From assembly GCF_018350175.1 (NCBI RefSeq), contig NC_058368.1, positions 61,630,001-61,694,000 of the forward strand: 64,000 nt of DNA. The letters run 5' to 3'. This document shows positions 26,442 to 39,300 of the stretch, in pieces. The notes beneath the pieces were generated by a model that saw only the letters and a program-made list of their open reading frames with translations, made no database searches and was not told where the DNA came from. Origin of the DNA: Felis catus (Eukaryota). A program made the translations under genes and the position numbers. Position 1 is the stretch's first letter, and each line of letters opens with the position of its first letter.

Positions 26442-26457
26442 ACAAACAAACAAACAA
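24091..26457 (+). mobile_element. 5'-truncated carnivore/felid L1: disrupted ORF2 (RT to C-terminus), 3' UTR, (TAAA)n(CAAA)n tail
   Basis: ORF track shows [60 protein letters not shown] gaaaataaaaacctga (24075-24090)/gaaaatgaaaacctga (26458-26473); (TG)n at 25891-25931. Confidence 0.98.
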
Positions 26458-27999
26458 GAAAATGAAAACCTGAGAACTCTTGAATTAGTTTTTTTTCCAC
26501 TTCTACTATGCAGTTAAATAAAATAAGATAAATTTTCTCTGTTTCATTCAAACTGAAAGACATTGTGCAGTACTTTCTTCAACACTTAACTTGCAACAGA
26601 GCTATGTCTTTAGAGAAGTAGAGCTAGAAGCCAGCTTCCAAGAGTGGAAGAAGTGAATGGAAAACTGAACTCTGAAAAGAATTTTTTTTAATTCTGAATG
26701 TGTTTCCAAGTCAATGTTTATTTTGTTTATTTCCCTGTTAAAATTTATATTCTTTAGAACAAAAGTAACATAGTCTGTCATAGTCCAAGAAACAAACACT
26801 TTTACCCAGTTGTTATCAAATATATGTTCAGTTAAAGTCTATAAGGGGACCTGTGGGCCGTTTGCTAAGTCCCTTTGCCATCACTTCAGCCAAGATTTGC
26901 TTTGAATTTCTAAGGCTCCCTGTGGCTTCAGATGAATTGTAACTCCATGCTGCCTGCAGAGGTATTTCACTGGCATGCTAAAATGTTACTATCTCAGGAT
27001 CAGGATCAACTTGTGTACCTTTGTTTTGTATTTGGGTAACAAAAAGACTGGTCCATCATTGGAATTGAACCTAGGTGAAATCACCCCCATTGTTCCATCA
27101 TCCAATCCCAGTTTAAGAACTAATCTAGTCCATGTTGTTATGGTTAGCAAAACAATCACACTTGTACATTAAAACACGGAAGTATTTCTATGGATACCAC
27201 TGTTATTAGCATTCAGTGCTACATTTGGTTGTAGGTTTCTGTATGACAAATAAAGATTGTTGGATCCTATTTCCACTCATCTGCTAACACGTAACCTAAA
27301 CAGCCCTGTACCTGTTATCTAGATTACACTATATAATACATTATGTTCAGTAACTTTTATTTACAGAGGTATGTGTAACTAGGCTTCTGGATACAGGTAT
27401 AGTTAAAGATTTTTAAATGGGTATGTTGAAAATAATTGCCTGTTTTCTCTTTTTACATTGATAAAAATACTCAGTTCAAGAAGTGATGACTTAGCCTGGA
27501 GAGTAGAGAAAAAGATATAATGCATGGGGTGGTACCATCAATGACTCAGCTTGAGGAGGTGATAAGGAGAAAATGTATTTACTCTGGAGAGTGTTATGGA
27601 AAGCATTCAACTCTTGCTTCCTGATGTTATTTCTGTAAATTATTAGTTCTCTGTACTGAGAGCAGTCTAACACAGAACATGGGGACTCTCACATTCTTTT
27701 GACTTGTCACAGGCTCAAGCTGTGATGACTAACCCCTTTACTCCTAGACGGCCTACAGAGAAGTTCTCTGGCTGATTTCAGATATTATTTTTTTCACAGT
27801 AAGAATGCTAGTAGAATAGGTGGTAAGAATATAATGAAGTAAAATTCTATTCTCTTTTCCTCCCCTCTAGGTATATTCCAACTGGCAGGTTTTGTTGTAG
27901 TTGCTGATAAAAATAAGCTATACCTGCTCCAAGCCAGTAAGGGGTCAAGATATTAGAGACATAATAGAAGTTTTTGGTCATATATCACCATGTCAGTGA

Positions 28000-28290
28000 C
28001 ACCTGGTCAGACCCTCTTATCTTCACTACCACACACACATACACGTTACAGTTCAAATAGTTTCTTTAAAACTCTGCATCCCCTTTTCCATTACCTATTT
28101 TTATAGTATGCTATCATAATGTATAATAAATTATATAATTTGCTCATTTGTCGGTCTCTCTTCTAAATTATTACCTCATGAAGGACAGGGCTTTTGATTT
28201 GTTTTGTTCACAAATATATTCCCAACACTTAGATCAGTGCCTGGGACAAAGTAGCCACTTCATAAATATTTGTCAAATAGAATAAATCGT
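28000..28290 (+). mobile_element. L2 3' end
   Basis: ctcatgaaggacagggc...cagtgcctgggacaaagtagccacttcataaatatttgtcaaat. Confidence 0.8.
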
Positions 28291-28404
28291 TTTATAAACA
28301 TAAAACTCCCATTTGAATGGGAAGATGTTTGGTGTCTCCTTTCCATCTCTGCAGAGATGGGACAGTCAAGTACCTTCCTGTCACTGAACCACAAGAGAGC
28401 GGGC

Positions 28405-28630
28405 TATGGTGAGAGGAAAATAGAATGGGTGGTTAGAAGTGCAGCCTCGAAAACCACACAGGATCTTGGCTTCACTTTCTAATCCTATGATCTTGGAAAC
28501 ATTGCTTGACATCTCCATTCCCTATTTTCTGCACCTGACATCTTATCTCACACTTTAACTCGGTTTTCAGGATGTAATGCACATAAACTATTTAGATATA
28601 TACCTCCCTCATAGCTCTTATTATCATGAC
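28405..28630 (+). mobile_element. MIR
   Basis: ctatgatcttggaaacattgcttgacatctccattccctattttctgcacctg. Confidence 0.6.
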
Positions 28631-28971
28631 AGATATCTTACGGCTTTCCACAAAGAGCACAGTGCAGGAACCAATAACACTATTAGGCTATGGGGTCTTG
28701 GATTTTCTTACTATTATGATTCTTTTTTGATTTAGAGATAATCACAAAGTAGGGAAATTAACATCTTAATAGGAAAAATCCCCCCCCAAATGATATCGCA
28801 GACATTAGACCCTGAAAACTGGTGTGAATTAACTCACAGCTCAATGAACGAAAACAAAGGTGTTCTCTTTTTCTTTCTTTCTTTTGTTTTTAATTTACAT
28901 TTCTTCCCTGGAGAATATTAAAAGTCAGTTGGCAACAAAAGTATTGACAAACTGTGATTAGTTCTCTGTCA

Positions 28972-29195
28972 TTTTTATTTTTTTTAATGTTTTTTATTTA
29001 TTTTTGAGAGAGAGCCAGAGACAGAGAGGGAACAGGAGCAGGAGAGGGACGGTGGGAGAGGAAGAGAGGATCTGAAATGAGCTCTGCACTGTCAGGAGTG
29101 AGGCTGATGTGGGGCCCGGACTCACATAACTAAGAGATCATCCATCACCTGAGCTGAAGCCAGATGCTCAACTGACTGAGGCAGCCAGAAGCCCC
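28972..29195 (-). mobile_element. CanSINE (diverged)
   Basis: ttttaatgttttttattta tail; acctgagctgaagccagatgctcaactgactgag; TSD agttct. Confidence 0.92.
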
Positions 29196-30430
29196 AGTTC
29201 TGGGTTTTTGAACCATCATTTTCACTTGAAATAGTAATGTGTAAGGAATTTATATTTAAGGTTAAACTGCAGAAGTGTTAGTTCTGACTTTTTCTCATGC
29301 TTTGTAAATTTTAGAGATGGGGGCCTCATGATGTAATAGTTTAATATATTCTGTGCTGCGTTGCAATTTTGGAAAGTGAGATACTTGGGAGCCTTTGCAT
29401 TGAAAACTTCCACTTTAGGACTTCTTAGGAAGCGAGTAAAAGGCCTGTAGGACAATATGACAGACTTATATCAATCCTACCAGGAACCCAGCTACACACA
29501 AGTCTGGTTTGGATAAGAGAGAGGAAAGGGGAGATAATGTAACAACTAAATTTTATTTATAAGATGAAAATGAGAGAACTGATCTTATTTCCTATGGTAG
29601 CAAAATACTCAGGAAATCTCTCTGTACATGGCAAATAGATTCCATCACTAATGTTGTGACATATTAAATTATTGCCAAAAGAATATTTGCTATTAAATGG
29701 AACTCATTTTATAACCCTGTCTTGTGAGCTTGGTGAACAAAAGAGGAGAAAAAGGAGTATAATTTGAGATGGAAAAATGGAATAATGACTTCTTGACAAT
29801 GGGAGTGGTTTTAAGAATGTGTTCCACAGACACTTAGAACTTATCAACAGCAGCTCCTCAGTACTGAAAGCATGTAACACAGCGTGTTTTTCAATGTTTT
29901 ACCTAACTTCTACAAAAGGAAGGGAGGATGGGGAGGGCCAAGGTGGAGAATAAGGATGACTATCTTCCCAGGCCAGGCCTAGGCATTTAGGTAAATATTA
30001 AATTCACATTGCCAAGCAGAAGACACCTTATTTTGGTATTGTCTTTTTTTGGTTTTCTATATTTTCCCTTTTTCCTCTGAAATCCTGCATCTGTTCTCAT
30101 ACATTATCCACTTTTCCCTGTTAGCTCCTCTAATGTAATCAACAGTGTTATTTTTAAGTCATGATCTGCTCATCTCAACATCTCAGTTAGGTGTCTCCTT
30201 CACTGACCTTGTTTTTATTTTGTTTGTTTTTATCCGTTGATTATGGGTTGCTCTGCTGTTTTTTTTTTTAACTTGTTTTGCTTTGCTTTTGTATGTTAGA
30301 CATTCTGTATAAAACAAGAGTAGAGCCTAATGCAATTAAGTTTTATCCCCAGAAAAGAGAGAAAAAGAGACTGTACATGATGAGGAGGGAAATAATGAAA
30401 CATATGGATAAGCGTTTATCATGGGATCTA

Positions 30431-31050
30431 GCAGGCAGAATCCCAGGATGGTTGCCATGATTCCCTGTCTTTGGTGACCTGCTTCTTCTTCTCTCCTTGT
30501 GTGTGGGTGGGACTGTGAATACACAGGGGATCTCTCCTGGGTTTAACTTATTTTATGGCCAAGGAAAGGATTTTGTAGATGTCATTAAGGTGACAAAAGA
30601 GTTGATTTTGAAATAATCAGAGGAGAGATTATCCTAAGTAGGTCTGATTCATTCAGATGGGAACCCTTCAAAAGGGTCAAAGACTCAAAGGGAGAGAGAT
30701 TTTTTTTGTTCCCTTTGATGAAGTGGCCTGCAATTTTGTGGCACTTCAGGAGGCTTCTGGTTGCTGAGAGGAGGCAAAACAGCAGGCAAGAAAACAGGAT
30801 CTCTGTCTTGCAACCACAAGGAACTGGATTTTGTCAAAAACGATGTGAGCTTGGAAGAGGAGCCTAAGCTTCAGATGGAAGCACAGCCCTGGCCAACAGC
30901 TTTGATTGCAGCCCATGAGAACCTGAGCAGAGGGCTCAACTAACCCACCTCTAGACTCCTGACCCAGAAATGCTCAGAGACGGTAAAACTGGGTCCCCTG
31001 AAACTGCTAAATTATGATAATGTGTTATACAGTGATTAAAAACAAATGCA
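30431..31050 (+). mobile_element. MaLR LTR (MLT1E-like)
   Basis: ggcagaatcccaggatgg; tgtgggtgggactgtgaat; caaccacaaggaactggattttgtcaaaaacgatgtgagcttggaagagga. Confidence 0.85.
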
Positions 31051-31652
31051 TGGCATTTTTTGCAACTTTATTTCACCATGGCTTACCTGTTTTGAGACTG
31101 GGACCAGGACGTTTTCAACCCAAACACCAGACTTATTAACTGTAGGAGATCTATCCCTACTTTGCAGTCCACCACTGGCTATTAGTTTGCTGCAGGGATC
31201 ACTTTGCTCCCAAGTTCTGTCCCTGGCTTTCTGTACCTCTGGACTTCTTTCTACCTTTTTTGCTTTGCTTTGTCCAAGACTCTGCATACCTCAGGGGAAT
31301 TTGCACAGTGATTTTGCCACTGTCTTATAGTTGTGTAACTGGTACACCTCAGGAGCATTTCTTCTAATGCTTCTGTCCTTCCACAGTCTGCATTGGGCTG
31401 TAGTGGCCGCACACTCAGGGATGGCCCTATATGCTGAGTAGGTGCTATCTGCCTGCTTGGTTGCTCTGCTTTTTGTCTTCTAACATCCACTATGATGCAT
31501 TTCAGAAAGGGTCCATTTATCTTAGGTCTGTCATAACCCTTCTGCCATGTCCAAAGACTTTGAACTGGGACACATTCCACGAGATTTCTTTTAGTCATTC
31601 TGTCCTTCCGTGAGTCATTGACAAGCACTAGATCGCCACCAGGCACTATATT

Positions 31653-31848
31653 AGGGTTTCTCAAAGCATTTTAGACTTTTTTTCCTAATAATCCCCAATA
31701 AAATTTTGATGCCACAGATAAACTGTACATCTGTTTACCTACCATGCGTGTTTCTGTGTTTTACCCATAAGAAGAGTAAGATTTTTTATCCCTCAAGAAC
31801 TAATTTTTACCTCCTTCTGGGTGACATTGCCTTGTTGACAATGTATTT
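31653..31848 (-). mobile_element. hAT-Charlie DNA transposon relic (MER112-like)
   Basis: gtttctcaa end; aaattttgatgccacagataaactgtacatctgttta; aagagtaagatttttt. Confidence 0.6.
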
Positions 31849-31849
31849 A

Positions 31850-32381
31850 TGAGGTCAAAACCCTATGGGACAAATTTGGTGGTTAGGTGCCTTGATCACC
31901 TCCTCTTTATCCTTCATGACAAAGGGATTCCCACTCTAGTGTCATGGGGATGGCTGAACATACAACACACAACAATGGACAGATGAAATTGAAATTGTTT
32001 ATTAGTCATATGTACTCACTGAGGGGAGGAGAATCTCACCTGTCATTCAAGATCACTGGAACAGAGTGAACAATCAGGGACTGTGAGGGGCAGGCTTTGT
32101 TGTGTCAGGAGGATGAGGTGACCCTAGGTTCCCATAGCAGGGTGTGATTGACTTAAGTTCGAATGATTCCACAGTTGGCAGGGAACTGAAGACTAGTGCT
32201 CTAGAATAAACAGGAACTGCATTTGGCCTATTGATAATGAGGGTCATTTAGCTAGGAGATGCCATCTGTGGGAGCAGAATAGGGAGGAGAATTTATGGTT
32301 AGATCACTCAAGCCCCTTCCGATTTTACCAGATGTCAAGGCAGTCCGTAACATGAACCATAATTGTATGTCTGACATCACA
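31850..32381 (-). mobile_element. ERV-L solo LTR (MER70/MER76-like)
   Basis: TG...CA ends; tggacagatgaaattgaaattgtttattagtcatatgtactcac (AATAAA on the minus strand). Confidence 0.6.
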
Positions 32382-32863
32382 GTGAAGGTGGATTGCTTTG
32401 TGCCTAGAGTTCTTTGAAATTCGAATCCTTCAAGCTAGCCTATCAAAGCAATGAAACTTTGACTGCTTTCTATTTACCCATTCCATAGAAAATGCATACC
32501 TCTACTTTCTGTGGCCTGGAGATGACATTAGTGAAAGATCTCTTCATTCCTGGGGCTCTTCCCTATTTTGGACCTTAGTTAGTTTAAGTTTCGTTTCACC
32601 TTTAGGGCTCTATAGACTTAAAAACACTAATATTTATAGCTTATTCAATTTCTCATCATTATTAGCATGGAAACAATGATTTCTGGTGATACTCTATATC
32701 CTAACTAGAATCATAACCTAGGTATGTCTCTTAGGAAATTCATGAGGGTATCTAAGTTATATTACAAATTTTATATATTTTAATTAAAATGATGGTAGTG
32801 AACATGGAGAAAAATACTAACAAAAATGTTTCATATAATTCTAGATGTATTTAAAGTAATTTA

Positions 32864-33091
32864 GGGGCGCCTGGGTGGCTCAGTCGGTTAAGCGTCCGAC
32901 TTCAGCTCAGGTCATGATCTCGTGGTCCGCGGGTTCGAGCCCCGCGTCGGGCTCGAGCCCCGCGTCGGGCTCTGGGGTGATGGCTCAGAGCCTGGAGCCT
33001 GCTTCCGATTCTTTGTCTCCCTCTCTCTCTGCCCCTCCCCCATTCATGCTGTGTCTCTCTCTGTCTCAAAAATAAGTAAACGTTAAAAAAA
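32864..33091 (+). mobile_element. Young CanSINE (SINEC_Fc) with an internal 18-bp duplication
   Basis: Perfect 16-bp TSD tatttaaagtaattta (32848-32863, 33092-33107); CpG-rich. Confidence 0.99.
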
Positions 33092-33165
33092 TATTTAAAG
33101 TAATTTAAAACACATCACCAATATTTATAAGAGCTACATTTCCTGTGGTGAATATTATAGAGAGG

Positions 33166-33676
33166 TGTGGTAGACAGAATGATGTTTACTCCCTTTTCCA
33201 AGATATCCATTTCTTGATCCCGGGAACCTGTTAATATGTCATTTTATGTGGCAAAAGGGAGTTTGCACATGATTGAAGTTATGGATTTTGAGATGGAGAG
33301 ATAATTTGGTGGTTATCTAGATTAAACCCTCTAAGAGTCAGTAAAAGCAAAAAAGTCATTCCCTGCTAGGGTCAGCGACAGAGAGATATGGGTATGGAAT
33401 AAAAAGGCAGAAACATGCAGCATTGCTGGCTTTGAATAGGGAAGATGAGGTCATAAACCAAGGAATACAGATAATCACTAGGGGAAAAAAAACTAGGAAA
33501 GAGATACTCACTTAGAACCTTCAAAAAGGAACACAATCCTGCCAATACTTTGATTTTAGCCCAGTGAGATCTATGTTGAACATCTGACCTCCAGAATTGT
33601 AAGATAATAAGTTTCTGTTGTTCTAAGCAACTAGGATTGTGGTCATCTGTTATGGCAGCAATGGAACATATATACA
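33166..33676 (+). mobile_element. MaLR solo LTR (MLT1C/D-like)
   Basis: tgtggtagacagaat start; ttgattttagcccagtgaga; tgttatggcagcaatggaacatatataca end. Confidence 0.9.
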
Positions 33677-33751
33677 TGAAATTATAGAAATATTTGTTCT
33701 TTCTCTAGCAGTAAAATGCTAATTATAAGCCACAAAGAATATCACATCCAG

Positions 33752-33752
<1 letters not shown>

Positions 33753-33811
<59 letters not shown>

Positions 33812-36185
33812 TTAGTTTTAATTTAATTCCTGTTAGCTAACGTACAGTGTTATATTATTTTCAGGTAATACAGTAGAGTAAGTCAACACTTCCACACTTC
33901 ACCTAGTGCTCATCACTGCAAGTGCACTCCTTAATCCCTATCACCTATTTCACCCATACACCTGCCCCTCCGGTAACCACCAGTTTGTTCTCTGTAATTA
34001 AGAGGCTGTTTCTTGTTTTATCTGTCTGTATGTCTATCTCTCTCTCCTTTTTTCCCCCTTTGCTTGCCTGTTTAGTTTTCTAAATTCCACATATGGGTAA
34101 AATCATATTGTATTTGTCTTTCCTGTTTCTACTATAAACATAGGGGTACATGTATACCTTTGAATTAGTGTTATTGTAGTCTTTGGGTAAATAGCCCATA
34201 GTGTGATTGTTGGATCATAAAGTAGTTCTATTTTTAGCTTTTTGAGGAAACTCCATTCCGTTGTTCACAGTGGCCGCACCAGTTTGCATTCCTACCAACA
34301 GTGTAAGAGGGTTCCCCTTTCTTCACATTCTAACCAACACCTGTTGTTTCTTGTATTATTGATTTTAGTTATTCTGACATTATCAGGTGATATCTAATTA
34401 TAGTTTTGTTTTTCATTTCCCAGATGATCAGTAATGATGAGCATCTTTCCATGTGTCTGCTAGCCATCTCTATATATTCTTTAGAGAAAAGTCTGTTCAT
34501 GTCTTCTGCCCAGTTTTAATTGTATTATTTATATTCTGGGTGTTGAGTTTTATAAATTCTTTATGTATTTTGGATACTAACCCTTTATTGGATATGTTAT
34601 TTGCAGACATCTTTTTCCATTACACAGGTTATCTTTAATTTTGTTGATTTTTTTTGTTGCTGTGCAGAAGCTTTTTATTTTCATGTAGTCCCAATAGTTA
34701 ATTTTTGCTTTTGTTTTCCTTGCCTCAAGATATATATCTAGAAAGAAGTTGCTATGGCCAATGTCAGAGAAGTTACTCACTGTGTTCCATTTTAGGATTT
34801 TTATGGTTTCAGGTCTCACATGTATTTTTGTGTATGGTATAAGAATGTGGTCCAGTTTCATTCTTTTGCATGCTGCTGCTCAGTTTTTCACCATTTGCTG
34901 AAGAGACTGTTCTTTTCCCATTGGATATTCTTTCCTGCTTGTCCAAGATTAACTGACCATACAGTGGTGGGTTGATTTCTGGATTTTCTATTCTGTTCCA
35001 TTAATCTACGTGTCTATTTTTGTACCAGTACCATACTGTTTTGATCACTACAGTTTTGTAATATAACTTGAAGTCTGGAATTGTGATGCCTCCAGCTTTG
35101 CTTTTCTTTTTCAAGAATGCTTTGGCTATTTGGGGTCTTTTGTGGTTCCATACAAATTTTAGGATTGTTAGTTCTAGCTCTGTACAAAATGCTGTTGGTA
35201 TTTTGAGTGGGATTGCATAAATCTATAGATTGCTTTGGGTATTATAGACATCTAATATTTGTTCTTCCAATCCATGAGCATGGAATATCTTTCCATTTCT
35301 TTATGTTATCTTCAATTTCTTTTATTAGTGTTTTATAGTTTTCAGAGTAGAAGTCTTTCACTTCTTTGGTTAGGTTTATTCCTAGGCCTTCTTATTTTGG
35401 ATGTAATTGTAAATGGGATTGTTTTCTTTTTTTTTATTATTTTAATGTTTATTTATTTGACAGAGAAAGAGCGGGGGCGGGGGGAAGCAGAGAGAGAGGG
35501 AGACAGAGAATACAAAGCAGGCTCCAGGCCCTGAGCTGTCAGCACAGAGCCCGATGTGAGGCTTGATCTCATGGACTGCAATATCATGACCTGAGTCAAA
35601 GTTGGATGCTCAGTTGACTGAGTCACCTGGTGCCCCATAAATGGGGTTGTTTTCTTAATTTCTTTTTCTGCTGCTTCATTATTGGTGTATAGAAATGCAA
35701 CAGATTTCTGCACATTGATTTTGTATCCTACAACTTTACTGAATTTGTTTATTCGTTCTAGAAGTTTTTGGGTAGAATCTTTAGGGTTTTCTATATATCA
35801 TATATCATCTGCAAATAGTGAAAGTTTTACTTCTTCCTTACCAATTTGGATGCCTTTTGTGTGTTGTTGTTGGTGTTGTTGTTTTTGTTGTTGTTGTCTG
35901 ATTGCTGCGACTAGGACTTCCAACGCTATGTTAAAAAAAGAAGTGGTGAGAGTGGGCACAATTGTCTTGTTCCTGACCTTAGGGGAAAAGTTCTGTTTTT
36001 TCCTATTAAGGATGATGTTAACTGTGGGTTTTTTGTATATAACCTTTATTATTTTGAGATATGTTCCCTCTAAACATACTTTGTTGAGGAATTTTATCAT
36101 GAATGAATGTTGTACTTCATCAAATGCATTTTCTGCCTCTTTTGAAATGATCATATGGTTCTTATCCTTTCTCTTATTGATGTGA
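33753..36185 (-). mobile_element. 5'-truncated carnivore L1 (ORF2 RT to 3' UTR); (CT)n in the tail region; nested SINE
   Basis: Minus-strand ORFs [12 protein letters not shown]...KLSLFADD and [12 protein letters not shown]; approximate TSD atccagctt/atctagctt; (TTG)n expansion at about 35860-35897. Confidence 0.97.
35429..35636 (-). mobile_element. CanSINE nested in L1
   Basis: 19-bp TSD taaatgggattgttttctt/taaatggggttgttttctt. Confidence 0.97.
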
Positions 36186-37707
36186 AGAAATCTAGCTTAT
36201 TTTCAATGGGATAAATACTCTTGTCTCTTCACAAATCCTTTGGATCCTTAGTGGAAGGATGGAAGGCTTCATGCTTTGCAAAGCTTTCACAATGACTTTC
36301 CAGGCTTTGTTGAGCTTAGGTAGTTGACCTCCCTTCTGCCTTCATGTAATTATATTTTTATATGTATAACATATATCACACTTAATTTCACCAACAGACC
36401 TTAAGCATTTGTTCTTCCTCCATGTGATATTCAAAAGTACCATATACTATATTTTGAAATTTTTAAAATAATTTTCCTTTTATATAGACAGAAATTTAGC
36501 ATTTGCAGGATAAAATCATGTCTGCCAATAACCTGCTCCACATCCCGAATAACCTCACAATTGGGCTTATCTATAGATCCCTGGACACCGTTCCACCCCC
36601 TGTGGTCCTTGGAGTGGGATGAGGCCAGGTCCCCACATGATTGAACTGGTTTCGGAACTCTGTCCAGAATTTCTATTCTGCTTTTCCTGGATATTTTCCA
36701 GGACCCAAGTTGGGATTAAAGCATAATCCATTAACTTGTATACCCTTATATCAGCATAGCTGGCACCTTTCCCAAAGCAAGACTCCATATCATTGCATAT
36801 ACCAAAGTGTCTATTTTCTAAGACAGAATTTTCAGTTTCTTGAGGCAACACACTGCGAGTTCATTTTGACAGTGACTAGTTACAAGACAAAAATCTCCTC
36901 AAGCACTGTAATCTTATCTTTCAGTGTTTAGCTTACCAAAATGACAGAGCTTACATTTTCATTCCTATTTTGCAGCAACAAAAGCAATTTTGTATAAAAC
37001 TACAGGGATAACAAGGGTCCTTGGGCCTTATATACTCATGGCCATAGGTGATTTGAATTGGAAGATGAATCTAGAATTTGACAGGAATCTTCTGAGGATA
37101 AAAAAAAGAGAGAAGAAGAACTGAAGTCCCGGAAAATAATACTAAGCAATTCGAATTTTATAAATGACATAGACAATTTGGATCGGGGAATTAAAAAAAA
37201 GGATATTTAACACTACTGAACCTTTAAATTACATAAGTCAGAAAAAAACTGTGAGTATTCAGCATAAGCTTCAGTATCTATTTTTTGTCTTGTAACTGAG
37301 TTCCTGGGTAGAAATGATAACAGAAGAAAGATACTTTATCCTAGGGACAATTGTCACATACTGAAATCTGGGTACTTAAAAAAAGAGAAAGGGGAAATTA
37401 TATCTGCTAAACGTCAAACAGCAAAACAAAACCTGAAATATCTATCTATGAAATATCTATTTACCTATTTATTTTTTAACCTGTCTAATGGTCATGTCAA
37501 AGTAGCAGTTTTCAGGGACACAGATGCTGAAGAGTAGAGAATTTTGTCTGGAAAAAAATAATTCAAAGTTTTTCTTCCTAATGGCCATTAATTTTAGTCA
37601 TATTTGGCATCTAATAAAGTGTCATTCATTAATACATGCTAATCTTACCTTAAAATGGCACCAAACTGAAGTTTTTTAGATGCACATTTACCTTAATAAA
37701 ACATTTT

Positions 37708-37938
37708 TGATGCTGGCTGGCTGGGTTCGATGACCGGGCAGCATCCTGCAGGACTTGCTAGGAAGGTCCTTGGCTTAGTGCAGGATAGAAATCAAACATG
37801 AGCCAGAAGGACATGGAAGCAGAGTTTATCAAAGAGATAGAGAAAGTGTAGATACCAACAGAGTGTAAAGAAAACTCAGAGAGGAAAAATAAGTGTCTCA
37901 TCTTTGGTTAGGGTCTTTCTTTTTTTAATGTTCATTTA

Positions 37939-38024
<86 letters not shown>

Positions 38025-38546
38025 GGGGAGGGGCAGAGAGAAAGGGAGACACAGAATCTGAAGCAGGCTCCAGGCTCTGAGCTGTCAGTGCAGAGCCATA
38101 CACAGGTCTCGAACTCATGAACCTCGAGATCATGACCTAAGCAGAAGTAGGACACCTAACCGACTGAGCCACACAGGCGCCCCAAGGGTCTGGGGTTGTG
38201 AGGATTTTGGTCAGGTGCACGTGTCCTCCCAGGCATCCAGAAACAAGCATGAGTGTTTAGGTGTCCTCCATAAATTATTTATGCCCTGGAGGACCCAGGT
38301 GTCTTGGAAAATGTTCATGACAACCCCACCTGGTCACTGCTTAGATGTTATCTGCTGTGCTGGAAGACTCCAAAGAAACCATTTACTCCTTGACCTTTAC
38401 AAGGAGGACATCCATTATCTGTAAGCGTGTGCAGGCCTGGGGTGCAGGTCCTAGCAAGAATAGAAATCGGGAAAAGGAACAACAACAACAACAACAACAA
38501 CAACAAAACAGTCCTTTCATGGAGTCCTTTCTTTTTCCTTAGCTCA
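37708..38546 (-). mobile_element. Carnivore ERV1-type solo LTR with nested SINE and (AAC)n
   Basis: Minus strand TGAGCTAAGGAAAAAGAAAGGACTCCATG ... CAGCATCA; GC-richer than flanks; ataaac polyA-signal region. Confidence 0.7.
37918..38183 (-). mobile_element. CanSINE with expanded (TG)n(AG)n linker
   Basis: Ends cgactgagccacacaggcgcccc; TSD agggtct. Confidence 0.97.
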
Positions 38547-39123
38547 CTTTTAATCCCCAACACAGCAGATATTTGTGAGCTAGCACTGCTAAACTTACTG
38601 CAAAAGAGTTGTAGCTGAAGTTGGAATCATATTATAAAATCAGTATTTCTAGTTTATGTTTGGAACACTGTTTTCTCTCCCCTCATCTCCTTTTTTCATG
38701 TGTGACTGATATGGCCGTCCCTCTCAGTCAGCACTTGCCTACAAGCCAGCTACTCATAACTTACCTTCATGAACTCTCACCAGTCTCCAGTCTACCTCTC
38801 TCCCAGGGTTTTTGAGGAAGTCGTAATCCACGGGACACACACCAGCCTTTCGGTAGTCTTCTTATGAAAATATGTTCCTCTGTAAACCACTATCAAGTCC
38901 ATGAGTGTGTCAAAAGAAATAGCAGTTCCCTCAATTCCTAGATAAACTAAACAAGCTGTTGGCCACTTCTGAGCATATCAGGTGGTTACCAGAAGTTTCC
39001 TCATTCAACTTCAGAGATTCTAGTACCCAGTCCATATTTTCTACTTTCTTCTTACTAGCTTCTTACTTTTTAGGGACCAGGATCTGTATGCATTTTACTA
39101 GATGGATTAACAATTCCCCAAAA

Positions 39124-39300
39124 GTTTATTCAGCAAAGCACAGTAGTTGAAGCTTACTATGTGCCGCGCATTCATCTAGGTGTTTGGAAACATTGCTGGG
39201 GGAAAACAAACAAACGAACAGCAAAGATCCTTTGAGGGGAGAAGGGTACAGACAACTGGCTGGAAAGATAACACATGATTTAATTATATGTAAAAGAATC
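39124..39300 (-). mobile_element. L2 3' end
   Basis: tttattcagcaaa...ttactatgtgccgcgcattcatctaggtg. Confidence 0.6.

Noticed and set aside
31629..31651. CTCF-like motif (cgccaccaggcacta)
   Set aside because: Only a partial match to the core; not supportable without ChIP data
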